Source: a virus (lineage: Duplodnaviria > Caudoviricetes). Taken from it: a stretch of DNA of 24,698 bases. A program made the translations under genes and the position numbers. Positions 16,239 through 22,774 of this stretch are shown here, in pieces. Positions within the stretch are counted from its first letter, which is position 1; every line of letters starts with the position of its first letter. The notes beneath the pieces were generated by a model that worked only from the letters and a program-made list of their open reading frames with translations, was not told the origin of the DNA and made no database searches. Location: the IMG/VR virus record IMGVR_UViG_3300042453_001085, positions 1 to 24,698 of that record. One strand, 5' to 3'.

Positions 16239-16308
16239 TTGGTGCTGTACGCAGTCGGCTCAGCCGCCGTCCTTGACGTCTCATTGTTATGGCACTGCGC
16301 TTGCCCAA
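16239..16308 (-). ncRNA. Candidate structured RNA C (cloverleaf-like, 3' ACCA)
   Basis: TTGG/CCAA and GCGCAGT/ACTGCGT stems enclose CAT-AACA-ATG, CGTC-AAG-GACG and CGGC-TGA-GCCG. Confidence 0.5.
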
Positions 16309-16324
16309 TGATCCGTCAGTCTAC

Positions 16325-16516
16325 CTACTTTTCAGCATTCACGAGGCCGATCGCATATTCCGCGATCTCCCGGATACTCGCCGTACAAGTCCCGTCCTCA
16401 AGGATGTCCTCCATCGCGCTCATCAGGATCATCCGCTTGCAGTGCTCTTCATACGCCGCATCCACTACTTTATCAAATTGCTTTTCCATTCTATCTAGTA
16501 CCTGTAAGTCATCCAT
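16325..16516 (-). CDS. Small acidic hypothetical protein
   Basis: 63-aa ORF collinear with its neighbours; weak RBS. Confidence 0.55.
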   Translation of the reverse strand: MDDLQVLDRMEKQFDKVVDAAYEEHCKRMILMSAMEDILEDGTCTASIREIAEYAIGLVNAEK

Positions 16517-16530
16517 GGGATTGAAGCCTT

Positions 16531-16553
16531 AAAAAAGCCGGGGTTCCCCGGCT
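16531..16553 (-). terminator. Rho-independent terminator
   Basis: AGCCGGGGAACCCCGGC followed by TTTTTT, just after the stop at 16560. Confidence 0.85.
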
Positions 16554-16559
16554 GGTTGA

Positions 16560-16868
16560 TCAGAAGTTGTAATCGTATTTCTTATGAGGCCGGTCTGACA
16601 GGCCGTAGCGCCCGCCGTGGGCATCTTTCCAGCCGTTCTTACCAAGGCGGATACGCTTGACAGGCGCGGCCTCGTCGCTGGTGATAATCCACTTCTGTTC
16701 GCTCTGGTTCGAGCAATGGGCGCTAAAGCCGCCAACGTGGAACTCCAACTTGACCGACTCGTCGCGCTCAGCCTTCATGGGGCGGATCTCAATGGTCTTC
16801 TCGCTGACAACCCGAACAACTTCGTATGGCTCAACGTCGCTGTACATGTAGTGATTTGCGTATTGCAT
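16560..16868 (-). CDS. Hypothetical early protein
   Basis: 102 aa with a strong AGGAG RBS, bounded by hairpins. Confidence 0.8.
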   Translation of the reverse strand: MQYANHYMYSDVEPYEVVRVVSEKTIEIRPMKAERDESVKLEFHVGGFSAHCSNQSEQKWIITSDEAAPVKRIRLGKNGWKDAHGGRYGLSDRPHKKYDYNF

Positions 16869-16880
16869 AGCGTTTCTCCT

Positions 16881-16904
16881 AAATAAGCCCCGCCGGAGCG
16901 GGGC
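16881..16904 (-). terminator. Probable terminator or attenuator hairpin
   Basis: GCCCCGC-TCCG-GCGGGGC followed by TTATTT. Confidence 0.65.
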
Positions 16905-16912
16905 GGGGTTAA

Positions 16913-17293
16913 TTAAGCGGCTTGACGATCTGCGTAGGCACGCTGGAATTCGATGCCCTGAGCCAAATACTCGTCAGAGCCATACGCAGGATCAACCTCG
17001 ATCCAATACGCCCAATCAACACCCTTACCAGTAGCGAAAGCAGCGTTTACACGAGCCGCCAGACGCTCAGCCTTGGCTGCAGCCTCTTCGCGCAGATTAG
17101 GGAAATAAGCCTCACCAGTCTCTTCGCAAACCACCATCTCAGTGCTATGAAACGTGGAAACATGACGGAAACGGGTACCGCGGGCGTTCTCGATAAGAAC
17201 GTAAAACGCCTCAGCGATGTAAGGATGACCGTCGCAGGAATAACCTGCGCTGTACAAGTCGCTAACCACTACTGCTTCGTATGCTGTGTTCAT
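16913..17293 (-). CDS. Hypothetical early protein
   Basis: 126 aa with AAGGA RBS, behind its own promoter. Confidence 0.8.
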   Translation of the reverse strand: MNTAYEAVVVSDLYSAGYSCDGHPYIAEAFYVLIENARGTRFRHVSTFHSTEMVVCEETGEAYFPNLREEAAAKAERLAARVNAAFATGKGVDWAYWIEVDPAYGSDEYLAQGIEFQRAYADRQAA

Positions 17294-17316
17294 TTTCGCT
17301 TCCTTTCGCTTGGTTT

Positions 17317-17375
17317 CACATCCTGACCAAAGTGTCAGTGGTGTAATCTTAAGTTAAACGATCGGGGGCGGTCAA
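17317..17375 (-). promoter_or_regulatory. Sigma70-type promoter plus 5' leader hairpin (copy 1)
   Basis: TTGACC-18 nt-TAAGAT, then A-CTGAC-ACTTTG-GTCAG-GATGTG. Confidence 0.75.
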
Positions 17376-17395
17376 CCCCCTTTCGCAAAAAATCT

Positions 17396-18001
17396 TTAAA
17401 CTTTTTTGGGGCGCTGGATAATTGTCTGTTTGACACCGTTACGCACACCGTGCTCTTTGATGGTTGCCGTCAGGGATACCGTATCACCCTCGTCCAGCTC
17501 CATTAGAGCGCCGCTACGGCCTTTGTAGATCACCACGTTCTGATCAGCATCTTCCATGATGAAAAGGTAGCTGAGGCCGCTGTCGTAACGGCTGAATGCC
17601 ATGCCCTCGATCTCGATGACCTTCTTGATGGTCAGCTCCAGCGTGAGCTTCTGACCGGTCTCACCAAGGTGCTGGCGGGAGGCGTTCAGAGCAGCCTGCT
17701 TGTCAGCCCACTCGGCTTTGCGGGCAGCGCGGGCGTCAATGCCCTTCAGGATAGCTGCGCACTGATTTGGGGTCAGCTTGCCATACGTGTCGTATGCCTT
17801 CGCCATGCTGCCCATAAAGCCTTCGGCGTAGGACACGCGACCATTGTTGTAAAGACGACCATCGTCAAGTACCGACTCGATCTCTTCAGCCCGCTCGGTG
17901 TTCTTGCGCCAAGTGATCTGGGCGTTAGCAATGATGCGACGCTTGACTGCCGCGTCGTATGCCGCTGGGTTCTCGATGATAGTGCCGATCATATTTACCA
18001 T
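17396..18001 (-). CDS. Hypothetical protein with a probable C-terminal OB fold (nucleic-acid binding)
   Basis: 201 aa, AGGAG RBS. C-terminal beta pattern LTLELTIKKV...FIMEDADQNVVIYKG...GDTVSLTATIKEH...KQTIIQRPK. Confidence 0.65.
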   Translation of the reverse strand: MVNMIGTIIENPAAYDAAVKRRIIANAQITWRKNTERAEEIESVLDDGRLYNNGRVSYAEGFMGSMAKAYDTYGKLTPNQCAAILKGIDARAARKAEWADKQAALNASRQHLGETGQKLTLELTIKKVIEIEGMAFSRYDSGLSYLFIMEDADQNVVIYKGRSGALMELDEGDTVSLTATIKEHGVRNGVKQTIIQRPKKV

Positions 18002-18015
18002 GGTTCGCTCCTGTT

Positions 18016-18075
18016 CGCATCCGGTCTTAAGTGACCGTGATGTAATTCTACATTAAACAGTCACCCCCGTGTCAA
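18016..18075 (-). promoter_or_regulatory. Sigma70-type promoter plus 5' leader hairpin (copy 2)
   Basis: TTGACA-19 nt-TAGAAT, then A-CGGTC-ACTTAA-GACCG-GATGCG. Confidence 0.75.
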
Positions 18076-18083
18076 CAACTTTT

Positions 18084-18251
18084 TTAGGTGAACCACAAAT
18101 AAAATCCGTGCAGGATACCGATCGGGAAAAAGATCGCCCCGGCTATCAAAAAGCCCCATGCCGCGGTCACAAAGCACGTAAACACGTGCGTCAGCCAAGC
18201 CGCTATGCAGCCCACGATTACGATAATTGCAAACATGCTACCGTCATCCAT
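18084..18251 (-). CDS. Small membrane protein (55 aa, about 2 TM segments)
   Basis: Not in the ORF track. MDDGSMFAIIVIVGCIAAWLTHVFTCFVTAAWGFLIAGAIFFPIGILHGFYLWFT; TAATG coupling. Confidence 0.75.
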   Translation of the reverse strand: MDDGSMFAIIVIVGCIAAWLTHVFTCFVTAAWGFLIAGAIFFPIGILHGFYLWFT

Positions 18252-18415
18252 TACTCGTCCCCCATGATTTCCCGCAGATTATTGATCGCCTCTTCAGGCG
18301 TCGCCCCGTAACCAATATCATCCTCAACGCACCCGCCCTTGGGTACCGCAATGAAGCGGTACTGGGACAGGCGCAGAGGGTTGTCACCCTCCCAGACTTC
18401 GTATTCACCCCTCAT
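18251..18415 (-). CDS. Small HicB-N-like protein (54 aa)
   Basis: Not in the ORF track. MRGEYEVWEGDNPLRLSQYRFIAVPKGGCVEDDIGYGATPEEAINNLREIMGDE, with a GxTxEEAxxNLRE motif and GAGG upstream. Confidence 0.6.
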   Translation of the reverse strand: MRGEYEVWEGDNPLRLSQYRFIAVPKGGCVEDDIGYGATPEEAINNLREIMGDE

Positions 18416-18593
18416 TTTTAAGCACCTCGATAACCTGCTGCAACGCTGCGATCATCTGCTGGGCACCCTCGGGGCTGATGCGCATGTATGCACTGCCGCC
18501 CGGCACTATCAGGTTAACCCAGACGTTCTCTAATTGCGTACCCACAAAGATCCGGTGCAACGGATCTACCCCATCAATAACGATTGATTCCAT
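18405..18593 (-). CDS. Small hypothetical protein
   Basis: 62 aa with GGGGA RBS. Confidence 0.7.
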   Translation of the reverse strand: MESIVIDGVDPLHRIFVGTQLENVWVNLIVPGGSAYMRISPEGAQQMIAALQQVIEVLKNEG

Positions 18594-18606
18594 GTTGTTC
18601 CCCTAA

Positions 18607-18894
18607 TTAACGTGAAGTGACTTTGACGCTGAAGACTGCGGTGGTTTTGGTGTAGCCGGCAAGCTGCTCTTCGGTAATGCCAAGGTCAGCAGCCAGACGC
18701 TTCCAGTCAATGACGCTGCGGTTAGCCTCGATGACCGTAGCCTTGAACATGTCACCCTCGAAGACGTTAGATCCGCCGGGTGCGGTAGCCGAGTCTTTGA
18801 GATCGGCTTTGATGGCGTCAGCCTGCTTCTCAAGATCAGCGATCTGAGCCAGCAGTGTGCCGAGAGTGTCGATAGTGTTGAGGTCGTTTTTCAT
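18607..18894 (-). CDS. Hypothetical early protein with an N-terminal coiled coil
   Basis: ORF 18607..18912; start moved to ATG 18894 after AGGAG (MKNDLNTIDTLG). Confidence 0.8.
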   Translation of the reverse strand: MKNDLNTIDTLGTLLAQIADLEKQADAIKADLKDSATAPGGSNVFEGDMFKATVIEANRSVIDWKRLAADLGITEEQLAGYTKTTAVFSVKVTSR

Positions 18895-18907
18895 AATTCG
18901 CTCCTGT

Positions 18908-18966
18908 CGCATCCGATCAACTTGACCGTGAGACAGAGTTTAATTCCGAATTAAACGACAAGTCAA
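18908..18966 (-). promoter_or_regulatory. Sigma70-type promoter with palindromic operator plus 5' leader hairpin (copy 3)
   Basis: TTGACT-18 nt-TAAACT; inverted repeat TTTAATTC-N-GAATTAAA at 18939-18955; then A-CGGTC-AAGTT-GATCG-GATGCG. Confidence 0.75.
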
Positions 18967-18973
18967 ACACTTT

Positions 18974-19267
18974 TTAAAATATTCTTTCCTCTTGCTCGAT
19001 TGGCAACCCATCGCTCAGCAGGCGCTGGATGGTGACGTCAAGGGCGCCCAGCTCATCCATCTTGCGGATAGCCCATGCCCGCTTCTGCCCGTGCCAGCCC
19101 ATTAGGGAGCCTTGGTGGCAGTCATAGCACAGGGCTACCGTGGTGTACTGTTGGCCTTGGTTGATGTGGTGAGCTGAGCTCGGGGGCGGGGCATTGCAGA
19201 CCGAGCAAGGCAGGCTCTTGACCCTTGCCAAATGCTTACGCTCTGCTGCGGTCAGCTTGTTGTTCAT
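18974..19267 (-). CDS. Ref/DUF968-like HNH zinc-binding nuclease
   Basis: LPCSVC...AHHI...VALCYDCHQG...GWHG pattern with a basic N-terminus. Confidence 0.75.
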   Translation of the reverse strand: MNNKLTAAERKHLARVKSLPCSVCNAPPPSSAHHINQGQQYTTVALCYDCHQGSLMGWHGQKRAWAIRKMDELGALDVTIQRLLSDGLPIEQEERIF

Positions 19268-19808
19268 GTTGGTCGAATAACAATAAAAAGTCTGACGGGT
19301 CGTACCTATAAATATTAATTACCCGCTTACTGGTTTGCTTCCATGTGTTTTTATGGCTTATCCCAAATCGGGAAGCAATGTTGATCCATCCCATCGCCTG
19401 CCAAAAAAGATTGGACTCAAGATCATTAGCGCAACCAGCACTGAATGCAAGCGTTCCCTGTGTTTTGCCGTACTCAACCACTTCATCTAAAAGTTTCCTG
19501 CCGCGCAAAAGCTTTCGAGCATCCGTTTGCAAGCAGATTTGAGCAATCTTCCCCTTCTTGCTTATGGCGTTTGGAATCCCAAAGCTTGCCATGCAAAACC
19601 CAACCAAGTCTTTATTGCATTCAATGACGAACAACTTGTCATTACACACATTGCTCCACCGGTCGCCTGTTTTTATTCCTGTAATGGCAGCTTCGTATGC
19701 CATCTTTGGGATAAAACCAAGGCTATGATTTTCTTTCTTCGACAACGAAATTACATATGGAAGATCAGCAAGCGTTGCCTGTCTTACCGTTCCTAGATCG
19801 TCCGTCAT
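19236..19808 (-). CDS. GNAT-family acetyltransferase
   Basis: VRQATLADL N-terminus, LVGFC, motif A IAQICLQTDARKLLRGRKLL and motif B SNLFWQAMGW. Confidence 0.78.
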   Translation of the reverse strand: MTDDLGTVRQATLADLPYVISLSKKENHSLGFIPKMAYEAAITGIKTGDRWSNVCNDKLFVIECNKDLVGFCMASFGIPNAISKKGKIAQICLQTDARKLLRGRKLLDEVVEYGKTQGTLAFSAGCANDLESNLFWQAMGWINIASRFGISHKNTWKQTSKRVINIYRYDPSDFLLLFDQHEQQADRSRA

Positions 19809-20137
19809 AACGTAATCTTGTCCATCGCTCGGTTGCTGGCTTCCTGTGAACGCCAGACCTCGACCCTAGCCTGAGCTGCGACCATCTCCCACCGAAGGCG
19901 CTCTTCGGTCTCTACGGCTTCTTTCAACCCATTGAGCAGCTCGACGTACTCCGGGTGGCTATACGCCTCCCGCTCTTGCGCGTTGACCGCGGTCTCCATC
20001 GACCGCTTCATCAGGATGGCCTTTAAGCTCTTGCGGTACTCTTCCATGTAGATTCTGTCAGCCTTAGCTTTCGCATACACCTTGCCGTTATCCCGGATGA
20101 AATCTACCGCCTTATTCGGGTCTATGTCTCTCTCCAT
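19805..20137 (-). CDS. Helical hypothetical protein of the recombination region
   Basis: 110 aa, coiled-coil, coupled to its neighbours. Confidence 0.75.
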   Translation of the reverse strand: MERDIDPNKAVDFIRDNGKVYAKAKADRIYMEEYRKSLKAILMKRSMETAVNAQEREAYSHPEYVELLNGLKEAVETEERLRWEMVAAQARVEVWRSQEASNRAMDKITL

Positions 20138-20300
20138 GCTCTACCCCTTTCGCAATCTTTAGCTGTCGTTTTTTATAGCACTGCTCACATAACCAGCGTT
20201 GCCTCATACCACCTGCAAGTCTTTCATACGTCCCGCCGCTCACCGGCTTCGTCTCCCGACAACTGGAGCATTGTCTCGGGACTGCGTTGCTCAATAACAC
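20112..20300 (-). CDS. Small CxxC...CxxC zinc-finger protein
   Basis: CSSCRETKPVSGG...RWLCEQC, similar to 14740..14904; exact start uncertain. Confidence 0.65.
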   Translation of the reverse strand: MLLSNAVPRQCSSCRETKPVSGGTYERLAGGMRQRWLCEQCYKKRQLKIAKGVEHGERHRPE

Positions 20301-20412
20301 GATTCACTACCTTTCTTACTTGGGTCTTTTGTAACTTGTACCGCTTGGCAATCGATCCAATTGAATCGCCATTCATCCACGCCTGATACATCTCAATGTC
20401 TGACGGATTCAT
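20224..20412 (-). CDS. Small HTH-like protein
   Basis: YQAWMNGDSIGSIAKRYKLQKTQVRKVV resembles an HTH; overlaps the next gene by 77 nt. Confidence 0.55.
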   Translation of the reverse strand: MNPSDIEMYQAWMNGDSIGSIAKRYKLQKTQVRKVVNRVIEQRSPETMLQLSGDEAGERRDV

Positions 20413-20578
20413 TCCTGACCCCCATCATCATGTCCGCCATATCAAACGCAGCTTCTGCAATAAACCTACGGTTATGCTCGTTATCCAACACTTCCCACTC
20501 CACCGACGCCATAATTCCCTGTAAAGCAAACGCAGCAAAAGCACACCGCATCTGCTCTTCTGTGTCAAACATGCTCAT
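20393..20578 (-). CDS. Small phage hypothetical protein
   Basis: RxxFAAxALQG...AxxAFxMADxM motif seen in small phage proteins; ATGA coupling. Confidence 0.75.
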   Translation of the reverse strand: MSMFDTEEQMRCAFAAFALQGIMASVEWEVLDNEHNRRFIAEAAFDMADMMMGVRNESVRH

Positions 20579-21033
20579 GAGAATGTCCTCCGCGCATACT
20601 CTGCAATCAATAAAGCTTCCGCCTTGCCGTGATCTTTTTTGAGAAGTAACTTCGCCTGCGGGAATGCAATCCTTGCCGCGGCTAACGATTCATTCTTATC
20701 TGCCGTCACACTCATGGCTTTCTTCCAAACTTGTGGCGTAACGTAAAAAACCCTCTCGCAGCAAAGTTCAGCGACAGCACTAATAGCCCCAAAGGCACGC
20801 ATAAAGCGACCAGTAGAGGCTGCACCTTGTTTTGGCATCGCCCAAACCTGTTCCAGACAGATCGCATAGTCATCCCCCGGTATCGTCATTGCTAAGATCA
20901 TAGCCTTTAATGCACGCACATCGATCCGATCCTGAACCGATGGTATATCGAGCGCATCGACCAACGCCCCGTTGTGATCAATCGCTGCGATAGCGCCTGA
21001 TCGTAAGCCCGGGTCGATACCAATCCAAATCAT
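20575..21033 (-). CDS. ruvC: RuvC-like Holliday junction resolvase
   Basis: Start moved to ATG 21033 (MIWIGIDPG). Motifs ICLEQV, VTPQVWKK and DHGKAEALLIA. Confidence 0.85.
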   Translation of the reverse strand: MIWIGIDPGLRSGAIAAIDHNGALVDALDIPSVQDRIDVRALKAMILAMTIPGDDYAICLEQVWAMPKQGAASTGRFMRAFGAISAVAELCCERVFYVTPQVWKKAMSVTADKNESLAAARIAFPQAKLLLKKDHGKAEALLIAEYARRTFS

Positions 21034-21314
21034 TGACGTTGCGCAGGGATACGGTTCTTGATGGCCTCCGCTGCATCTCGAAGCGCCGTGCAAAGCTCAC
21101 CCTCATCCTCTTCGCTTGCCAGCCCCAGAATCAAATCAGCACAAGCCTCTCGCTCGATTTTGATCGCGGTCTTTGTTGTTTCGATCGCCACCGTCATGAT
21201 CTCAGCCTTGGCAATCGCCAACGCCTCGTCGAATTCTTTTTGGGTGAACACTTGTACGTGTCCACTGCCGGCTAAAAACTTCTTTTGAAAGTCACTCATA
21301 TCAGTCATTTCCAA
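21030..21314 (-). CDS. Small phage hypothetical protein
   Basis: 94 aa with IEREACA...AEAIKNR motif; start may instead be 21305 or 21296. Confidence 0.7.
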   Translation of the reverse strand: MEMTDMSDFQKKFLAGSGHVQVFTQKEFDEALAIAKAEIMTVAIETTKTAIKIEREACADLILGLASEEDEGELCTALRDAAEAIKNRIPAQRQ

Positions 21315-21496
21315 TCTCCCCTTTCACCGCGGTTGCCTGCGTCCCACTGAGTTTTAACCACAGCCCTGAGCTGTACGTCATCATGGTTCTTTTCCCACAT
21401 TCGCAAAAACTCATGAGCTTGATTCCTGTCTTTGATCCGCATTCTGATAACTTCTCTGACGAGACACTGCCATATTTCGGTTGGAACATTCTTCAA
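21305..21496 (-). CDS. Small hypothetical protein
   Basis: 63 aa with TTG start overlapping the helicase stop; C-terminal GNRGERGDW. Confidence 0.6.
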   Translation of the reverse strand: MKNVPTEIWQCLVREVIRMRIKDRNQAHEFLRMWEKNHDDVQLRAVVKTQWDAGNRGERGDWK

Positions 21497-22452
21497 AAAT
21501 CACCCTTCGTATCAAACGCCATCGGCATCCCGTTTAAACGATCGATGAACTGCTGCGAGTCAAGGTGAAAGTAAAACTCAAACCAAGGCTCACGTTCTCC
21601 GTTTCGCTGCTTCTCGCACATCAGGTAGGCGTCAGGGATCATCGGATCTACTGACTCGCCACGCTCCATGCTGTGCTGCTTTTTCTTATTGCGCCACAGA
21701 ATCAGGACGTTGTCTACCTGATCGGTAATCGCCGACGACCCACGTAGGTCAGACTTACTCGGGCGCACCTCTTCGCTTGAGAGCTTTCGGATGTGATGCA
21801 CCAAGTGAATGTGAATGTCGTGGTCTCGCGCAATCGCCGTCAGTCGATCAACGAAATCCTTCTGCTCGTTGTACGAGTCCTCCCCCGGCACGCACTTCAT
21901 CAGGCTGTCGATGACAACATGTTGGATACCAAGCTTGGTCGCGCAATGATGGCACATCGCTTCGATCATCCGGCTGTTGACGGTACCCTGCTGGTCGTAC
22001 AGCCAGAGCCGGTTATCAATGAACCCAAAGAACCGATCGTAGGCGTCACGCTTCTGCTGCGTCGGGGTCTGCACGTAGTGGTTCGACTCCAACGACTTGC
22101 CGGCGAACTGCCGAATCATCCGCTTCAGGGTGATCTTGGGCTTCATCTCGAAGCTGGCGATGCAAATCTTCTGGTTCTGCTTGATCAGCCCCAGCATCAC
22201 CTGCCCGGTCATCAGCGACTTACCCGAACCGTTCCCACCAGCCCAGACCGACACCTCACCCGGGCGGAAAGCAAACGAGTCAATCGTGCTACCCCACGGC
22301 AAAGAGACAGACCGGTCAACCGGTGGGGAGATGAGCTCAGCCTCGAACTCTTCCTTCCATACCCCAGCCTGCTTGACCTTTGCGTCACTGTCGGTTGCCG
22401 CAAGGTAACTATCAAAATCAATATCGTCGTCACTCAGGAACGTAGCCATCAA
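21493..22452 (-). CDS. DnaB/SF4-like replicative helicase (C-terminal ATPase domain only)
   Basis: Walker A GGNGSGKS, ASFEM, Walker B VVIDSL, HLVHH, DLRGSSAITDQVDNV and KQRNG. Confidence 0.9.
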   Translation of the reverse strand: MMATFLSDDDIDFDSYLAATDSDAKVKQAGVWKEEFEAELISPPVDRSVSLPWGSTIDSFAFRPGEVSVWAGGNGSGKSLMTGQVMLGLIKQNQKICIASFEMKPKITLKRMIRQFAGKSLESNHYVQTPTQQKRDAYDRFFGFIDNRLWLYDQQGTVNSRMIEAMCHHCATKLGIQHVVIDSLMKCVPGEDSYNEQKDFVDRLTAIARDHDIHIHLVHHIRKLSSEEVRPSKSDLRGSSAITDQVDNVLILWRNKKKQHSMERGESVDPMIPDAYLMCEKQRNGEREPWFEFYFHLDSQQFIDRLNGMPMAFDTKGDF

Positions 22453-22774
22453 ATTCTCCCCTTTCGCTATCGATCAGCAAATCGCCGATCACACTGATCA
22501 CGCGCCGGGCGCCAGCCGCCCGTAATGCGTCGTGAAGTCTTTTTCCTTTTTGGTAATCACCGCAGCCGTTAACGTGAACCGTCAACCCCACCACAAACCG
22601 GAGATCCAGCGCCGCGGGATTCTCTGTCGGCAGTATCTCGATCTCCGGGTACGGCAGGGTGTCCGCATACAGGTGCCAGCTCAGGCAGTCAGAAGACCTG
22701 CTGTGGCTGATCCAGACGCCCTGTGGGCGTTTTTTTTCGCGCCGTAGGGTGATGAGTGCTTCGTGGCCTCTCAT
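22430..22774 (-). CDS. Hypothetical replication-module protein
   Basis: 114 aa, ATGA-coupled between the initiator and helicase genes. Confidence 0.7.
   Translation of the reverse strand: MRGHEALITLRREKKRPQGVWISHSRSSDCLSWHLYADTLPYPEIEILPTENPAALDLRFVVGLTVHVNGCGDYQKGKRLHDALRAAGARRVISVIGDLLIDSERGEFDGYVPE

Noticed and set aside
16162-16308. Canonical tRNA genes
   Set aside because: Size and CCA ends fit, but there is no GTTCRA T-loop, D-loop or 7-nt anticodon loop; kept only as tRNA-like candidates.
16239-16308. Self-cleaving ribozyme (hammerhead, twister, HDV-like)
   Set aside because: I could not find the required cores (for example CUGANGA plus GAAA) by eye; a covariance search would be needed.
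16050-16532. 160-aa plus-strand ORF across the structured region
   Set aside because: Opposite to the local gene direction, overlaps minus-strand genes and has no protein-like motifs.
17365-17383. GGGGG/CCCCC hairpin around the -35 box as a terminator
   Set aside because: Only a 5-bp stem, no minus-strand U-tract after it, and not conserved in the other two promoter copies.
17294-18966. CRISPR-like or mobile-element repeats
   Set aside because: The repeats are degenerate, separated by whole genes and explained as promoter-leader units; no cas or transposase gene is present.
21301-21489. Alternative 62-aa ORF overlapping 21305..21496
   Set aside because: The other frame couples to the helicase stop and looks more protein-like; the choice is not certain.
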